Shown piece after piece: positions 10,340 through 22,700 of a stretch of 64,000 nucleotides of DNA. The notes beneath the pieces were generated by a model that did no database searches, was not told the DNA's origin, and saw nothing but the letters and a program-made list of their open reading frames with translations. Both the position numbers and the translations under genes were made by a program. The stretch is from Octopus sinensis (lineage: Eukaryota): NCBI RefSeq assembly GCF_006345805.1, contig NC_043021.1, forward strand, positions 19,096,001 through 19,160,000, in the 5' to 3' direction. Positions within the stretch are counted from its first letter, which is position 1. Each line of letters begins with the position of its first letter.

Positions 10340-10385
<46 letters not shown>
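10083..10385. repeat. (TA)/(CA)-rich microsatellite tract
   Basis: Direct reading. Comparable tracts at 14870-15250, 22200-22600, 44790-45080, 45270-45390 and 47745-47890. Confidence 0.9.
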
Positions 10386-10386
<1 letters not shown>

Positions 10387-10419
10387 CCATTTTGGTGTAT
10401 TGGACCACTGAACTTTTTT

Positions 10420-10585
10420 TTCATTCTCTCTCTGTTTATTTTGTCTTATTCTTTTTCTGCTGATGAGCATAGGCTCAAAACATAAAAGACTTTTTCGTTT
10501 TTCCCGAGCATCAAACTAATACACTTGTTTGTGGTTCACACACATGTCTTTGTCTTTTGTTTTTCTATAAATTTCAAGTATATAT
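10420..10585 (+). repeat. Short TA-flanked repeat (second copy 25400-25555), PLE remnant-like
   Basis: The two copies share gagcataggctc(g/a)aaacataaaaga...actaatac...gtcttttgttt. Confidence 0.6.
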
Positions 10586-10589
10586 ATAT

Positions 10590-10900
10590 GATCATCATCA
10601 TCATCATCATCGTTTAGCGTCCGCTTTCCATGCTAGCATGGGTTGGACGGTTCAACTGGGGTCTGGAAAGCCAGGAGGCTGCACCAGGCCCAGCCTGATC
10701 TGGCAATGTTTCTACGGCTGGATGCCCTTCCTAACGTCAACCACTCCGTGAGTGTAGTGGGTGCTTTTTACATTCCACTGGCACAGGTGCCAGGTGAGGC
10801 TGGCAACGGCCATGTTTGGATGGTTCTCTTACGTGTCCCCAGCACTGGTATCACAGCTACAATTTCCATTGATGTTGATCGATTTCGATTTTGATTCTGA
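10590..10900 (-). mobile_element. Family E (RTE 3' end)
   Basis: (CAT)n + cgtttagcgtccgctttccatgctagcatgggttgg...gtgggtgcttttta. Confidence 0.85.
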
Positions 10901-10932
10901 TTTCTCACTTGCCTGAATCAAAATCAAAATCG

Positions 10933-10961
<29 letters not shown>

Positions 10962-10965
<4 letters not shown>

Positions 10966-11560
10966 AGATAAGAAAATGGAGAAATACATCTAAATCAAAT
11001 ATCAATTACCAGATAATACTCAATCACATACTTTATTAAACCACCACATAAGAGATTGTAGGGTTAAATATAAAAAGCAGAACAAATCAGTATACAAAGA
11101 GGAATGTACATAAAAGAGTAATGTTGTATAATAAGTAGAATATATATAAAAGAGAATATAAATACAAGTAAATATAAATATAAGTATAAATTGGATCTTA
11201 CAGCTGTTTCGGCCATGTCGATAATTATGTCTCATTTTACCAATATTAGCCCTTTATGGTTGGTCAATATATAGATATAAATGAGACATTAACAAAAATA
11301 TCACAAGGCCTCTTCGGAGATTATGTAATATAACTCAGTCTACATATATACCCACATGGGTGTGGGTGCGTACCCACAATACAACATATATATATATATA
11401 TATATATATACATATGAGTGCATATACTCACACTCATATACATTTACATAATGATATAAATAAATAATATAAATTAGTAAACATATATATGTGTTCCACA
11501 CTCAATTATCTGGTAATTGATATTTGATTTAGATGTATTTCTCCATTTTCTTATCTTGTA
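10962..11560 (-). mobile_element. PLE-type element with inverted terminal segment
   Basis: 10962-11025 is the reverse complement of ~11503-11560. Contains a hammerhead; flanked by (TA)n; related sequence at 47180-47290. Confidence 0.6.
11193..11321 (-). ncRNA. Type-I hammerhead ribozyme with long stem II, core CCGAAGA
   Basis: Minus strand ATCT-CCGAAGA-GGCC...(atgtctcattt/aaatgagacat inner stem)...GGCC-GAAA-CAGCTG-TA-AGAT; palindromic stem III ACAGCTGT. Confidence 0.7.
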
Positions 11561-11728
11561 TTAGTAATTTGTGGTAAATCATTTTACCTTTGCCCATATC
11601 AGTAAATGAATTGATTGCATTGCAATCATTAACATTTATGTATTAACTTTGTTGGGTACTTCACTAGCAGTATATTGGATATACGTTATCCCATAGAGGG
11701 TTGCATTTACAACCCCTATCTCAATTTG

Positions 11729-11759
<31 letters not shown>

Positions 11760-11761
11760 AA

Positions 11762-12306
11762 TTTCAACAATGGTCCCTTTACATACTGAATACTTGGTGA
11801 AATTGATTAATAATTAATTAATTTTACCCTCAATTGTTGAAATTATAATTCATTTCTCTCTGTTTAATGCTTCGGTTTTCACCGATAAAACATAGTGTTT
11901 GCCAATTTTAACCCATGCTGGTGGAAAGGGGAGAGCAGAAATTCTTCGCTTGCATATTTTGAATTTGTTAGCACTGTTATTTCGAGCAGATTTCCGGAGG
12001 TGATAAGAAGCCAAAAGGGTATGCTCCCACTTTCAGTGTTCCCAAATCCGAATCAAGGAGTTCTGAGCTGACGAAAGAAATGTCGATTTGACTAATCTAG
12101 AAACGTACGTTCTCAAATAACCTTTGGAATTGTGATTTTTTAATGTTTTTACCCCCATACCTTCGTGAGTTGGTTTGAGCAAACACTATCTGAGAGAGAT
12201 TTTCTTTAAGTATTAGAAATAGCTAAAAAAATTTTTTTAGCTGCTATTTCTAATGAGTTCAGTATGTGGCAAAGTAATTTATTTTACTAAGCCCTTTTAT
12301 ATAATG

Positions 12307-12310
<4 letters not shown>
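11762..12310 (+). mobile_element. PLE-type terminal-repeat element between (TA)n tracts
   Basis: Homologous to 31890-32368 (-) and partly to 9845-10100; carries a hammerhead. Confidence 0.7.
12064..12115 (+). ncRNA. Type-I hammerhead ribozyme
   Basis: TGAG-CTGACGA-aAGA...TCTa-GAAA-CGTACG-TT-CTCA; palindromic stem III ACGTACGT; weak stem II. Confidence 0.65.
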
Positions 12311-12348
<38 letters not shown>

Positions 12349-12355
12349 CTGCACA

Positions 12356-12425
<70 letters not shown>

Positions 12426-12649
12426 TGTATGTGAGTATGTACATATAATTCCAACCCTTGAGCACAAACCTCAATACAGGCTTTCCAATTGGTTTAAGTT
12501 GCAGTATTAAAGAAAGATTTAAAAATTAATGGATTTACGTTAAAATGCAATTAGACCTGGCTCAGCCATTGTAATATTTTGGGTATTGAATGAGATGCAG
12601 TAGATTAATTTCACACATATATACGTATTCAACTAGGTATCAATCATCA

Positions 12650-12917
12650 TCATCACCATCATCATCTTCATTTAACATCCATTTTCTATGCTGGCATGGG
12701 TTGGACAGTTTGACTGAAAACTGGTACACTTAGGTAAGCACCAGGCTCCAGTCTTATTTGGCATGGTTTCTACGGCTGGGTGCCCTTCTTAATGCCAACA
12801 ACTCCAAGAGTGTAGTAGATGCTTTTTACATGTGAGTTATGTCACATCACCATTGGCCATGACTACGATCTCACTTAGCTTGACAGGTCTTCTCAAGCAT
12901 GACATATCGCCAAAGGT
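12650..12917 (-). mobile_element. Family E (RTE 3' end)
   Basis: (CAT)n + tttaacatccattttctatgctggcatggg...; extends into RTE ORF-end sequence. Confidence 0.75.
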
Positions 12918-13255
12918 CCATGTGTCTAACACATGTGGACATGCCTACAAAGTCAGAAAACACCACAGCTCCCATGACTTTCAGAATCATTTTTTCCTAC
13001 TCAGAGTTGCTGAAGCATGGCACAAACTGCATGCATCAGTTGTTAGCTGCCAAGACATTGCATCCTTTAAAACCTCCATGCTCCCTGAAATTCACCAACA
13101 CCACACCTGATATCCACCCAGCCCCTCCATATGCATGCACACATGTATATCATGACTCATACACTGTTCACTTTCCTGACTTTCGTACATAGCTTTATGT
13201 ATTATAAATGCACCTTTGATGAGTTGTAGTGCACCTGAACACTATACACAATAAT
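12918..13255 (+). mobile_element. CR1-group LINE 3' fragment
   Basis: VSNTCGHAYKVRKHHSSHDFQNHFFLLRVAEAWHKL...FK plus 3' UTR gatgagttgtagtgcacctga; paralogous to 13945 and 30820. Confidence 0.8.
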
Positions 13256-13897
13256 TTTGCTATTATTATTTTATTGAGTGAGAGAGTAGTGCATGTTATC
13301 AAAGTGACACTGGGGTATAATATACAAAGCCCAGTATACCCATCATGACTACCCGTCTGATAAGGGTACATTAGGTACATACATCACAACCATATGTGTA
13401 CGACATGGTGATCTCATATCAAGATAACAGCAGATGTCCTTGCAGATGGGGTCCAGTTAGAATTTTCTTCAGGTCAAGTAACCCATCCTGCTCAAAAGGT
13501 CCCTGAATAAGGGTTGTTTAAGGATGTTGAACAAACCACCCATGTTTCCAGAGGTGAATTATTCCAACCCCAAAGAATCCCTCTCAACACATGGCTATGA
13601 TGCTCCCCCAGTACTTCTGCTTGTGATCAGAGATGCACATATCGTCAGTCACTAAGGGACATGGTCAACTGGTTAAGGTCAAACAACTGACAAGCAAATC
13701 TGTGGTATTGAGCAGAATATTTGCTGTAGCCCATCTGCTATACCAAGACAAAACAATGTACACGATAACACTTCCAATCAGTTAAGATCAGAAGCCATGA
13801 GAGCCACTGCCTGGTACTGCATCAGGGCGTTCATTATTATTATTATTGTTGTTGTTGTTATTGTTTATTATTATTATTATTATTATTATTTTATTAT

Positions 13898-13928
<31 letters not shown>

Positions 13929-13944
13929 TGCATGTATAGTTTGC

Positions 13945-14330
13945 AGTGCTATTACCTACCATATTCTGAGCACCTTGTTTCCCTGGGCATGGATTCACTG
14001 AAGCTCCGGCGTCTGGCGACGGACTTGGTTAACGCCCACAAAGTTGTCAACCACCTCACCAATAACAACACTGAACACCTTTTTGATCTCCATGTGTCTA
14101 ACACACGTGGACATGCCTACAAAGTCAGAAAACAACACAGCTCCCATGACTTTCGAAAACATTTCTTCATGCTCAGAGTTGCTGAAGCATGGAATAAACT
14201 GCCTGCGTCAGTTGTTGACAGCCATGACACTGCATCCTTTAAGGCCCTCATGCTTTCCGAAATCCGTCGAAATACACCTGAATATATATGCACTTTAGAT
14301 GAGTTGTAGTGCACCTGAGCACTGTACACA

Positions 14331-14335
<5 letters not shown>
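13945..14335 (+). mobile_element. CR1-group LINE 3' fragment
   Basis: YSEHLVSLGMDSLKLRRLATDL...TRGHAYKV...FFMLRVAEAWNKLPASVV...FK is the classic CR1 ORF2 C-terminus; ends in (ATT)n. Confidence 0.88.
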
Positions 14336-14369
<34 letters not shown>

Positions 14370-14639
14370 GGTAGGATCAATAAAAAAGGACTCCATTCAG
14401 TGAGAGATAAATAATATTTAAATATCATTTAATATGCGTAATTATGGAAGAGCTATTAGCAGCTCTTTTGCAATTATGTATATTAGGTCACACATACATA
14501 TAATTAAACACACTTATAAACTGCCAGAATAAGCCTTTGGGTGGAATTTGAAGTCTCTGTCAAAATTAATTTTATGCTCAATTTCATTCAACTCTCAGTA
14601 ATGAAACTCCACCCTCGTTTAATATTCTGTACTTGTAGA

Positions 14640-14815
14640 AAAGTACACAAAGTCTTGGATGCTGAGACCCCCTTCGGTCATGATTGACCATGGGATTGCA
14701 CCTAGAAAGTTACCCTCCCAGGCATAGGTCCGGGCAAGGTTGTTTATGGAAGACCAACAGTTGCCCATGCATACCGGCCTCTCTCTCTCCACGCCAGAAG
14801 TTACTGCCATGTGTG
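14640..14815 (-). mobile_element. Fragment resembling the RTE-derived Ceph-type SINE domain
   Basis: gaccatgggattgcacctagaaagttaccc...gcaaggttgtttatggaagacc...gcccatgcatacc. Recalled similarity only; single copy in the window. Confidence 0.35.
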
Positions 14816-14859
14816 TACATATGTGTGTAGGTGCTTGTTCCTCTCCGAGAGAGAGAGGA

Positions 14860-14975
<116 letters not shown>

Positions 14976-15597
14976 TATATATTATATATATATATATAAT
15001 AATATACATATATATATACATATATACATATATATATACATAATATATATATATATATACATATATATATAATATATATATATAAATATAAGTATATATA
15101 TATATATGATATAGATATATGTATATATATGTGTGTATATATATAATATATATATATATATATAAATATATGTATATATGTACATATATATATATATACA
15201 TATATAAATATATATATACACACACATATATACATACATATATATATATATGTCTATCAAAACCAAGGCTGGTGTATTTAATTTGTTTATCTGCATAATT
15301 ACCTCCCTAATCTGCTCACCTGGATTCTTCTTATAGCTATTCTTTACCCTGCAGAATTGGTACCTTGTAAAGACATTGGAGTCTAAGTTCAAAATATTTG
15401 AGTGCTACCGTTTTCTATACCGAGAATCTCTAAATCTTATCTGTTCACTATACATATATACATACACACACACACACACATATATAGGCCTGCTCGCTTA
15501 GGCAGCGGGGTGGTGTCATTTGAAGGCTAAAACAATGTGAAGCGCATTGTGACCAGCGATGTGTAGCAACATTTGATAGCCTGGTCGGTCACGGTGG

Positions 15598-15945
15598 GTT
15601 TAGTCCCACTGCGTGGCATCTTGGGCAAGTGTCTTCTCCTATAACCCCGGGCCGACCAATGCCTTGTGAGTGGATTTGGTAGACGGAAACTGAAAGAAGC
15701 CTGTCGTATATATGTATATATATATATATATGTGTGTATGTGTTTGTGTGTCTGTGTTTGTCCCCCTAGCATTGCTTGACAACTGATGGTGGTGTGTTTA
15801 CGTCCCCGTAACTTAGCGGTTCGGCAAAAGAGACCGATAGAATAAGTACTGGGCTTACAAAGAATAAGTCCCGGAGTCGATTTGCTCGACTAAAGGCCTT
15901 GCTCCAGCATGGCCACAGTCAAATGACTGAAACAAGTAAAAAAAA
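15598..15945 (+). mobile_element. SINE-A, 5'-clipped (further 3' half at 15995-16200)
   Basis: Family motifs in order, with central (TA)/(TG) linker. Confidence 0.85.
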
Positions 15946-15961
15946 ATATATTATGAGTGTC

Positions 15962-15998
<37 letters not shown>

Positions 15999-16264
15999 CT
16001 GTGTTTGTCCACCATCTCTGCTTGACAACAGGTGTTGGTGTATTTATATCTCCGTAACTTAGTAGTTCAGCTAAAGAGATCTGATAGATTAAGTTATCAA
16101 GCTTTAAAAAGAAAAAAAAGAAATTAGGGTCGATTTGTTCGACTAAAATTCTTCCAGGTGGTGCCCCAGTATGGCCACAGATTAATGACTGAAAGAGGAA
16201 AAAAGAATTAAAAAATACTTGGATACAAAATTGATTTTAGTTAATTCTTTTGTATTCGTATCCA

Positions 16265-16293
16265 CTTCATTTTTGTACATAAATGCACACACA

Positions 16294-16340
<47 letters not shown>

Positions 16341-16419
16341 GCACACACACACACATACACACACACACGCATACACACACACACACACACGCATACACAC
16401 ACACACACACACACGCATA

Positions 16420-16455
<36 letters not shown>

Positions 16456-16465
16456 ACACACACTC
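16265..16465. repeat. (CA)n microsatellite
   Basis: Direct reading. Confidence 0.9.
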
Positions 16466-17104
16466 ACAAATAGTTTCAAAATATTCAGACCGGTACATTT
16501 GATAGAATAGGTACCAAACAGATTTAAGGGAGATTTGACTGCTATTTCTAGCAGTCTAAACAATACAGCAAAGGGTTTCCCTGTTGACTTTCCCTTTCAT
16601 GTTATCCTTACCGTAAGTAGCTGTTAAGTACCAAATGGCACGTGCGTGACACTGGGGTGGAGAGGCACAAAATTTGCAACCTTAGGCCAGTGTTATAAAT
16701 CAATTGAACGTATATAATCTCACACCAACACAACCAAACGTATACACGCACTGCACATATACACTCTTTGATTGTACATACTGCATATATACATACACAC
16801 ACACACACGCGCGCACACACACACTCTCTCTCTCTGTCTCTCTACCCATACACATATTTTAAAGGATAATAGTTTTAATTGAAGAGGGAGATTTGTCGTT
16901 TAATAGTCAACTGATTTCCTAAAATAATAATGATGATGATGGTGGTGGTGGTGGTGGTGGTAGTGGTTGTGATGGCAATGACCCATTATCCGCTTATATT
17001 AAGCTAATTTGATAAAATTACAGATTAATTTCAAATTATAATTATGATGATATAACAATTAAAGTTGAACTGTTTCTTCCCTCACCCCACCCTGCACCCA
17101 CTAT

Positions 17105-17760
17105 GGTAAAAGACCAGCGTCGCCTTACTGGCACTTGTGCCCGTGCTAGTAGGGTGCCAAGAGCACCATCCGAGCGTGATCGTTGCCAGAGCAGCCAACT
17201 GGCTACCGTGCCAGTGGCACGTAAAAGGGCACCATTCAAGCGTGATCGTTACCAGCATCGCCTTACTGGCACCTGTGCTGGTGGCATGTGTGAAAGGATT
17301 CGAGCGAGGTCGTTGCTAGTACCTATTTCTTTATTACCCACAAGGGGCCAAATATAGAGGGGACAAACAAGGACAGACATAGGTATTAAGTCGATTACAT
17401 CGACCCCAGTGCGTAACTGGTACTTAATTTATCTACCCCGAAAGGATGAAAGGCAAAGTCGACCTCAGCAGAATTTGTACTCACAACGTAACGACAGACG
17501 AATTACGGCTGCGCATTTCGCCCGGCGTGCTAACGTTTCTGCCAGCTTGCCGCCTTCGTTGCTAGTACTGCCTGACTGGCCCCCATGCCAGTGGCACGTA
17601 AGAAGCACCCACTACGCTCTCGGAGTGGTTGGCGTTAGGAAGGGCATCCAGCAGTAGAAACTCTGCCAAATCAAGATTGGAGCCTGGTGCAGCCATCTGG
17701 TTCGCCAGTCCTCAGTCAAAATCGTCCAACCCATGCTAGCATGGAAAGCGGACATTAAAC

Positions 17761-17790
<30 letters not shown>
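17105..17790 (+). mobile_element. Family E element interrupted by SINE-B
   Basis: Repeated gtgccagtggcacgtaaaa..gcacc motifs, RTE tail and (GAT)n. Confidence 0.85.
17323..17555 (-). mobile_element. SINE-B with 13-bp TSD
   Basis: TCGTTGCTAGTAC at 17310-17322 and 17556-17568. Confidence 0.9.
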
Positions 17791-17792
<2 letters not shown>

Positions 17793-17924
17793 TGGAATGG
17801 CCAACTGAACAGGACAGCAAAGAACCTGTCATGAAGCTGGTTGTTTGGTGCTGTTATCGATGCTCTATTGACTCTGTGACAAAGATATTTCGTTGTTGTT
17901 TGTTCATTCTTGAACCACACCTGG

Positions 17925-18198
17925 CTCATAGGGCCAGTTTCCTAGTTTCATTCGCATATGGGTTTCCCACCTGGATGGGACACTGGTCCGGCACAGGCGA
18001 GCTGCGAGGTGCAAGAGGAAAGAGTGAGCGAAAGTTGTGGCGAAAGAGTCAGCAGAAGTTTGCCATTACCTTCTGCCGGGGCCACATGGAGCTTAGGTGT
18101 TTTCACTCATAAACACACACATCGCCCAGTCTGAGATTCAAACCCACGATCCCTTGACCGTGAGTTCGCTACTCTAACCACTGGGCCATGTGCCTCCA
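17925..18198 (-). mobile_element. SINE-C, tail type 2 (V-domain-like gatggactggcgtcccatccagg family)
   Basis: Reverse complement of 26842-27135. Confidence 0.8.
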
Positions 18199-18299
18199 TG
18201 ACAGAGATATTACATGACACTAATATGTAATACTATAAGATACTGTTGCAAAATGTGGCTTCTCTTCTGTATCAACATGGCTCTTAAAGGAAAAGTTAG

Positions 18300-18930
18300 A
18301 AGCAAGAGTGGCTGTGTGGTAAGTAGCTTGCTTACGAACCACATGGTTCCAGGTTCATTCCCACTGTGTGACACCTTGGGCAAGTGTCTTCTACTATAGC
18401 CTCGGGCTGACCAAAACCTTGTGAATGGATTTGGTAGAGTTGCACAGGAAAAAAAACCAAAAACCCCCACTTGTGCTGGTGCCCTGAAAAAAGCATGGAG
18501 TACACAAATTAGAGTTTGGCATTAGGAAAAGCAACCAAACATAAAAAAAAAAACCATGCCAAAGCTGACAGGGTGCTCTGTGCAGACCCGGTGGCTCACC
18601 AGATCCTGCCAAACTGTCCAGTTCATGCTAGCATAGAAAACATGATGATTTTTCACGGAACCTTAAAGAGATTTTTGTCCACTAATTGCATGAAAAAATC
18701 TCAACTTACTAAATCGCATATGCAAGATCCTACCATATATATATATATCTATATGACAAACCGGTGTTGGTGTGTTTACATTCATGTAACTTAGCAGTTC
18801 AGTAAAAGAGACTGATAGAATAAAAAGAGTACCAGGCTGAACAAAAAACAAGTTCTGGTGTTGATTTGTTCTACTAAAACCCTTCACGGTGCTGCCCCAG
18901 CATGGCCACAGTCTATTGGCTGAAGGCAGA
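18300..18930 (+). mobile_element. SINE-A split (head 18300-18440, tail 18755-18930) with a family E fragment between (18470-18660)
   Basis: Motif order. Confidence 0.65.
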
Positions 18931-19254
18931 ACACTCCCCACTTAGCTTCGTTTTTGCCATATTGTCAATATGTATATATATTTTATCATGTTTGTGTGTG
19001 TATGAATTATGTGTGTGTGTGTATGTATATGTATGTGAATTTGTATGTGTATGTGTCAATTTATATGTGAATTTGTATGTGTGTGTCAATTTGTGTGTGT
19101 GTGTGTGAATTTGTATGTGTACGTGTCAATTTTTATGTGTGTGTGTATGTGTGAATTTGCATGTGAATTTGTATGTGTGTGTGAATTTGTGTGAGTGTGT
19201 GTGTGTGTATGTGCATGTTATATGTAAGTGTGTTGTGTGGGTATGAATATCATC

Positions 19255-19580
19255 TACCTGCTACGTTCTGAGTTCAAATTCTGCCGCTACGTTCTGAGTT
19301 CAAATTCTGCCGAGGTCGACTTTGCCTTTCATCCTTTTGGTGTTGATTAAATAAGTACCAGTTACGCACTGAGGTTGATCTCATGGACTGGCCCCCCCCC
19401 CCCACCTCCCAAAAAAATTTTCGGGCCTTCTTCCTAGAGTAGAAAAGATTATTTACATAATATATATATTTTTTTATTCACATTATATATATGTAAATAT
19501 AAATCGACTTAATCTGTTTGTCTGTCCTTGTTTGTCCTCTCTGTGTTTAGCCCCTTGTGGGTAGTAAAGAAATAGGTATA
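19255..19580 (+). mobile_element. SINE-B fragments (short-tail variant plus long tail)
   Basis: gagttcaaattctgccgaggtcgactttgcc... and aatctgtttgtctgtccttg...gtagtaaagaaatagg. Confidence 0.75.
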
Positions 19581-20025
19581 ATATACAGCATAAATTATAC
19601 ATAACTTGCAGTATCCATTTTTCCCTAAGTTTAACCAGTTTGGTCCAGGCGGATAATCACAGAAATGTCGTTTATTGAACAAAAAAACTAAATGCTTGTA
19701 ATCAGCTCGGCAATCTTGATTACCCCCCGACTCGCATTGGTAACGACAGACTAACTCAGACATCGGTCATTGACAAAACAATAATGGATTATATAACAGT
19801 TTTTTATCAGCCTGCGTGAAATACCTATATCGAAAAACCATATATGTTCTCCATCTTGCTCTTTCTCTCCGTCTCCTTTTAATTGCTCCAACTCCTTCAT
19901 CCTTTCTGTCTATCATTATTTCTCTTTCACATCATATCCTGTTAGATGCAGAATTTTTTATAACTTTCATTGTCTTTTTCTGTTCTCAATATTTGCACAA
20001 AATATTATCCTCTCCCTCTTTCTCT

Positions 20026-20063
<38 letters not shown>

Positions 20064-20236
20064 ACTTTCTCTGTGTCAGCCTCACTCCCTCTTTCTCTCT
20101 GTTTCTCTATATGTGTGTGAATATGCATGTAGGTATATATATATATATGTATATAAAATGTACTGATCCTTTAAATAAATTATGTGTGTGTGTGTGTGTG
20201 TGTGAGAGAGAGTGTGTGTATGTGTGTGTACATATG

Positions 20237-20267
<31 letters not shown>

Positions 20268-20349
20268 GAATTTAGGCCTCTTCTATTTTCTAATTATTAT
20301 AAATCTTCCCCGAAGGAGGGAGCCGGTTTCCAATAAAGATGTATGTATG

Positions 20350-20402
<53 letters not shown>

Positions 20403-20490
20403 ATAAAACGTAAGATAACAAAAGAAAGAAAGAGACCTCAATATTATGTAAATAGAGGAAATTTATCTATACAAATGTTACATTACTCGG

Positions 20491-20564
20491 TAGTCAAGAT
20501 AAAACTCTGAGTTTCAGATGCCGAAGTGGAAATCCACAACACCATCTCTTCGGTTATCTGGCTA
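20491..20564 (-). ncRNA. Hammerhead ribozyme in the PLE 3' terminal repeat
   Basis: GATAA-CCGAAGA-GATG...CATC-T-GAAA-CTCAGAG-TT-TTATC. Confidence 0.62.
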
Positions 20565-21765
20565 TTTGAAAACGTTATGAAAAAATACCGTTAAAAATGA
20601 AGGGAAATTACTCTGTTATAACTCTGCTTTGCCTGCGTACTTACATCGCTCGCATTTTTCGTCATAAAAATTATATAAAAATACATAAAAATATAAATAA
20701 AAATATATAAAAATATATAAAATCTTCTTGGGACATAACACAGAAAGCATGTTCTATCCGTTTTCTTTGGGACCAAAAACGTAACAGAAATTTAGTCACA
20801 TGTGGGCATGATCCGAAAAGCTCTGTCCTTGTATTTAGACATGTGGTAGGGTCTAAGCTGCTTTTCCAGATAAGCCATCTCTCCATGTCGCATAAACCGC
20901 ACCTTCCGCTGCCGTTAGTATAGGGCTTACATCTGGCAAAATCTTCCATTGTATGTTATAATCGACACCTTTATCTCTTAAAGACCAAATATGATTGGAT
21001 AATTGTGTCGCTTTTCTTTTGTTCCAGTGCCTAAAGCTCAAAGTGTGGTTATTGAACCTGGCCTTGAAATTACCCTCTGTCAGGCCCACGTATTTCTTCG
21101 TCGAAACGGTGTCTTTAGTGGTTTATAGAGTTTACGGTAGCTTCATATATGATGGTCTTGGACATGCAAGCTCCATTTAGCGGGCACAATTCTTTATTCC
21201 TGCATGAACAGCTGTTTTCTTCTTGTGTTTTTTGTATGTTATGATTGATTATGTTTTTAAAATTGGTAGTTGAACTAAAACTAATTTTTAAATTGTGTCT
21301 ATTGAAGAGTTTCCTATAAGCATAGTTAACTGGAAAATGTCTATCTATCAGTGCTAGGAAATATTTACCTATATTGAAGGCCACCTCGGGTGAGTAAGGG
21401 GGCGTAAACCAGATGACCTTCCTATTTCTATTATTCCTTTTCCTTATTGTTGGGCTGGTGATAGGTGTATATTTATTTTTTCGCTAAAACCACTATCTTT
21501 TAAAGCTTTATTATAAACTGGGGCAACGCTATTGAAGATGTCCTCATTAGATGAGAGGCTAGAAATCCTCTTACTAATATTTTTAACTAAATTTTTGAAT
21601 ACTATAGGGGGATGGCATGAACCTACATTAATATAACTTAGTCTATCATTGGGCTTCCTATAAGGCTTATAAATATTATTATTAAGATCTAAGGAAACGT
21701 CTAAGAAATTGACAACCGTCAGGTTAGTGTCTATAGTTATACTAAGTCTATAGTTATACTTCAAA

Positions 21766-21839
21766 TAGCCAGATAACCGAAGAGATGGTGTTGTGGATTT
21801 CCACTTCGGCATCTGAAACTCAGAGTTTTATCTTGACTA
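21766..21839 (+). ncRNA. Hammerhead ribozyme, inverted copy (sense to the GPCR pre-mRNA)
   Basis: Identical to 20491-20564 on the opposite strand. Confidence 0.62.
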
Positions 21840-21855
21840 CCGAGTAATGTAACAT

Positions 21856-21900
<45 letters not shown>

Positions 21901-21908
21901 ATGTATAT

Positions 21909-22081
21909 GTAGTGAACTTCATGCAGGCATAGCGTGGATTTGATCCTCAATAGCCAAATTTCACTTAACAGTCCAACACCACTTTTCTCAAGGTAAAACA
22001 ATAGTTTTTTTTGGTGAGAAAAGTGGTGCTGAACTGTCAAATGAAATTTGGCTATTGAGGGTTGGAATCCATGCTATGCCT

Positions 22082-22088
<7 letters not shown>
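21909..22088. repeat. ~180-bp foldback hairpin between (TA)n tracts
   Basis: tgcaggcatagcgtggatt/aatccatgctatgcctgca; cctcaatagccaaatttca/tgaaatttggctattgagg; caccacttttctca/tgagaaaagtggtg. Confidence 0.85.
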
Positions 22089-22121
<33 letters not shown>

Positions 22122-22404
22122 CATACATACATCTTTATTGGAAACCGGCTCCCTCCTTAGGGGAAGATTTATGATAATTAAAAAATAGAAGAGACATAAA
22201 AACATACATACAGACAGACACATATGTACACACATACATACACACATGCATACATGTGTGTATGTATATATATATGATTGTACATATATATATGTGTGTG
22301 TGGACACGCGCATATATATGTGTGTGTACAATTAAATATATATATATACACATATATGTATTCAGATATAATGTATATATTTATATGTGTATATATATTA
22401 TATA

Positions 22405-22445
<41 letters not shown>

Positions 22446-22669
22446 CATACATATATATATGTACAATATATAATATATATATATATATATTATATATATA
22501 TATATACATGTATATACATATAAATGTGTGTATATATATATACACACACGTAAACCTACACACATGCATACATACACACACACACACACACACATGCATG
22601 TGTGCGTCTATGTATGTATTGCATATCTGGTCATTATTCAATCAATCATTCTCTCTTGATAACTCTCTC

Positions 22670-22700
<31 letters not shown>

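Larger units (their letters stand above)
20401..21858 (-). mobile_element. Penelope-like element, 5'-truncated and frameshifted, with inverted terminal repeat
   Basis: Minus-strand frames give the RT C-terminus (VNFLDVSLDL..YKPYRKPND.LSYINVGSCHPP) and the GIY-YIG region (GLTEGNFKARFNNHTLSF...WKI; CGLCDMER...LNTRTELFGSCPH). 20477-20570 and 21760-21853 are perfect 94-bp inverted copies. Confidence 0.92.

Noticed and set aside
10455-10492. Hammerheads at 10460, 25434, 9715, 43220, 24205 and 48245
   Set aside because: Each lacks an essential core base or stem I; counted only as decayed relatives, not as features.
13275-13835. Suspected common interspersed repeat
   Set aside because: It looks familiar but has one copy here and no TSD or ORF, so it cannot be supported from the window.
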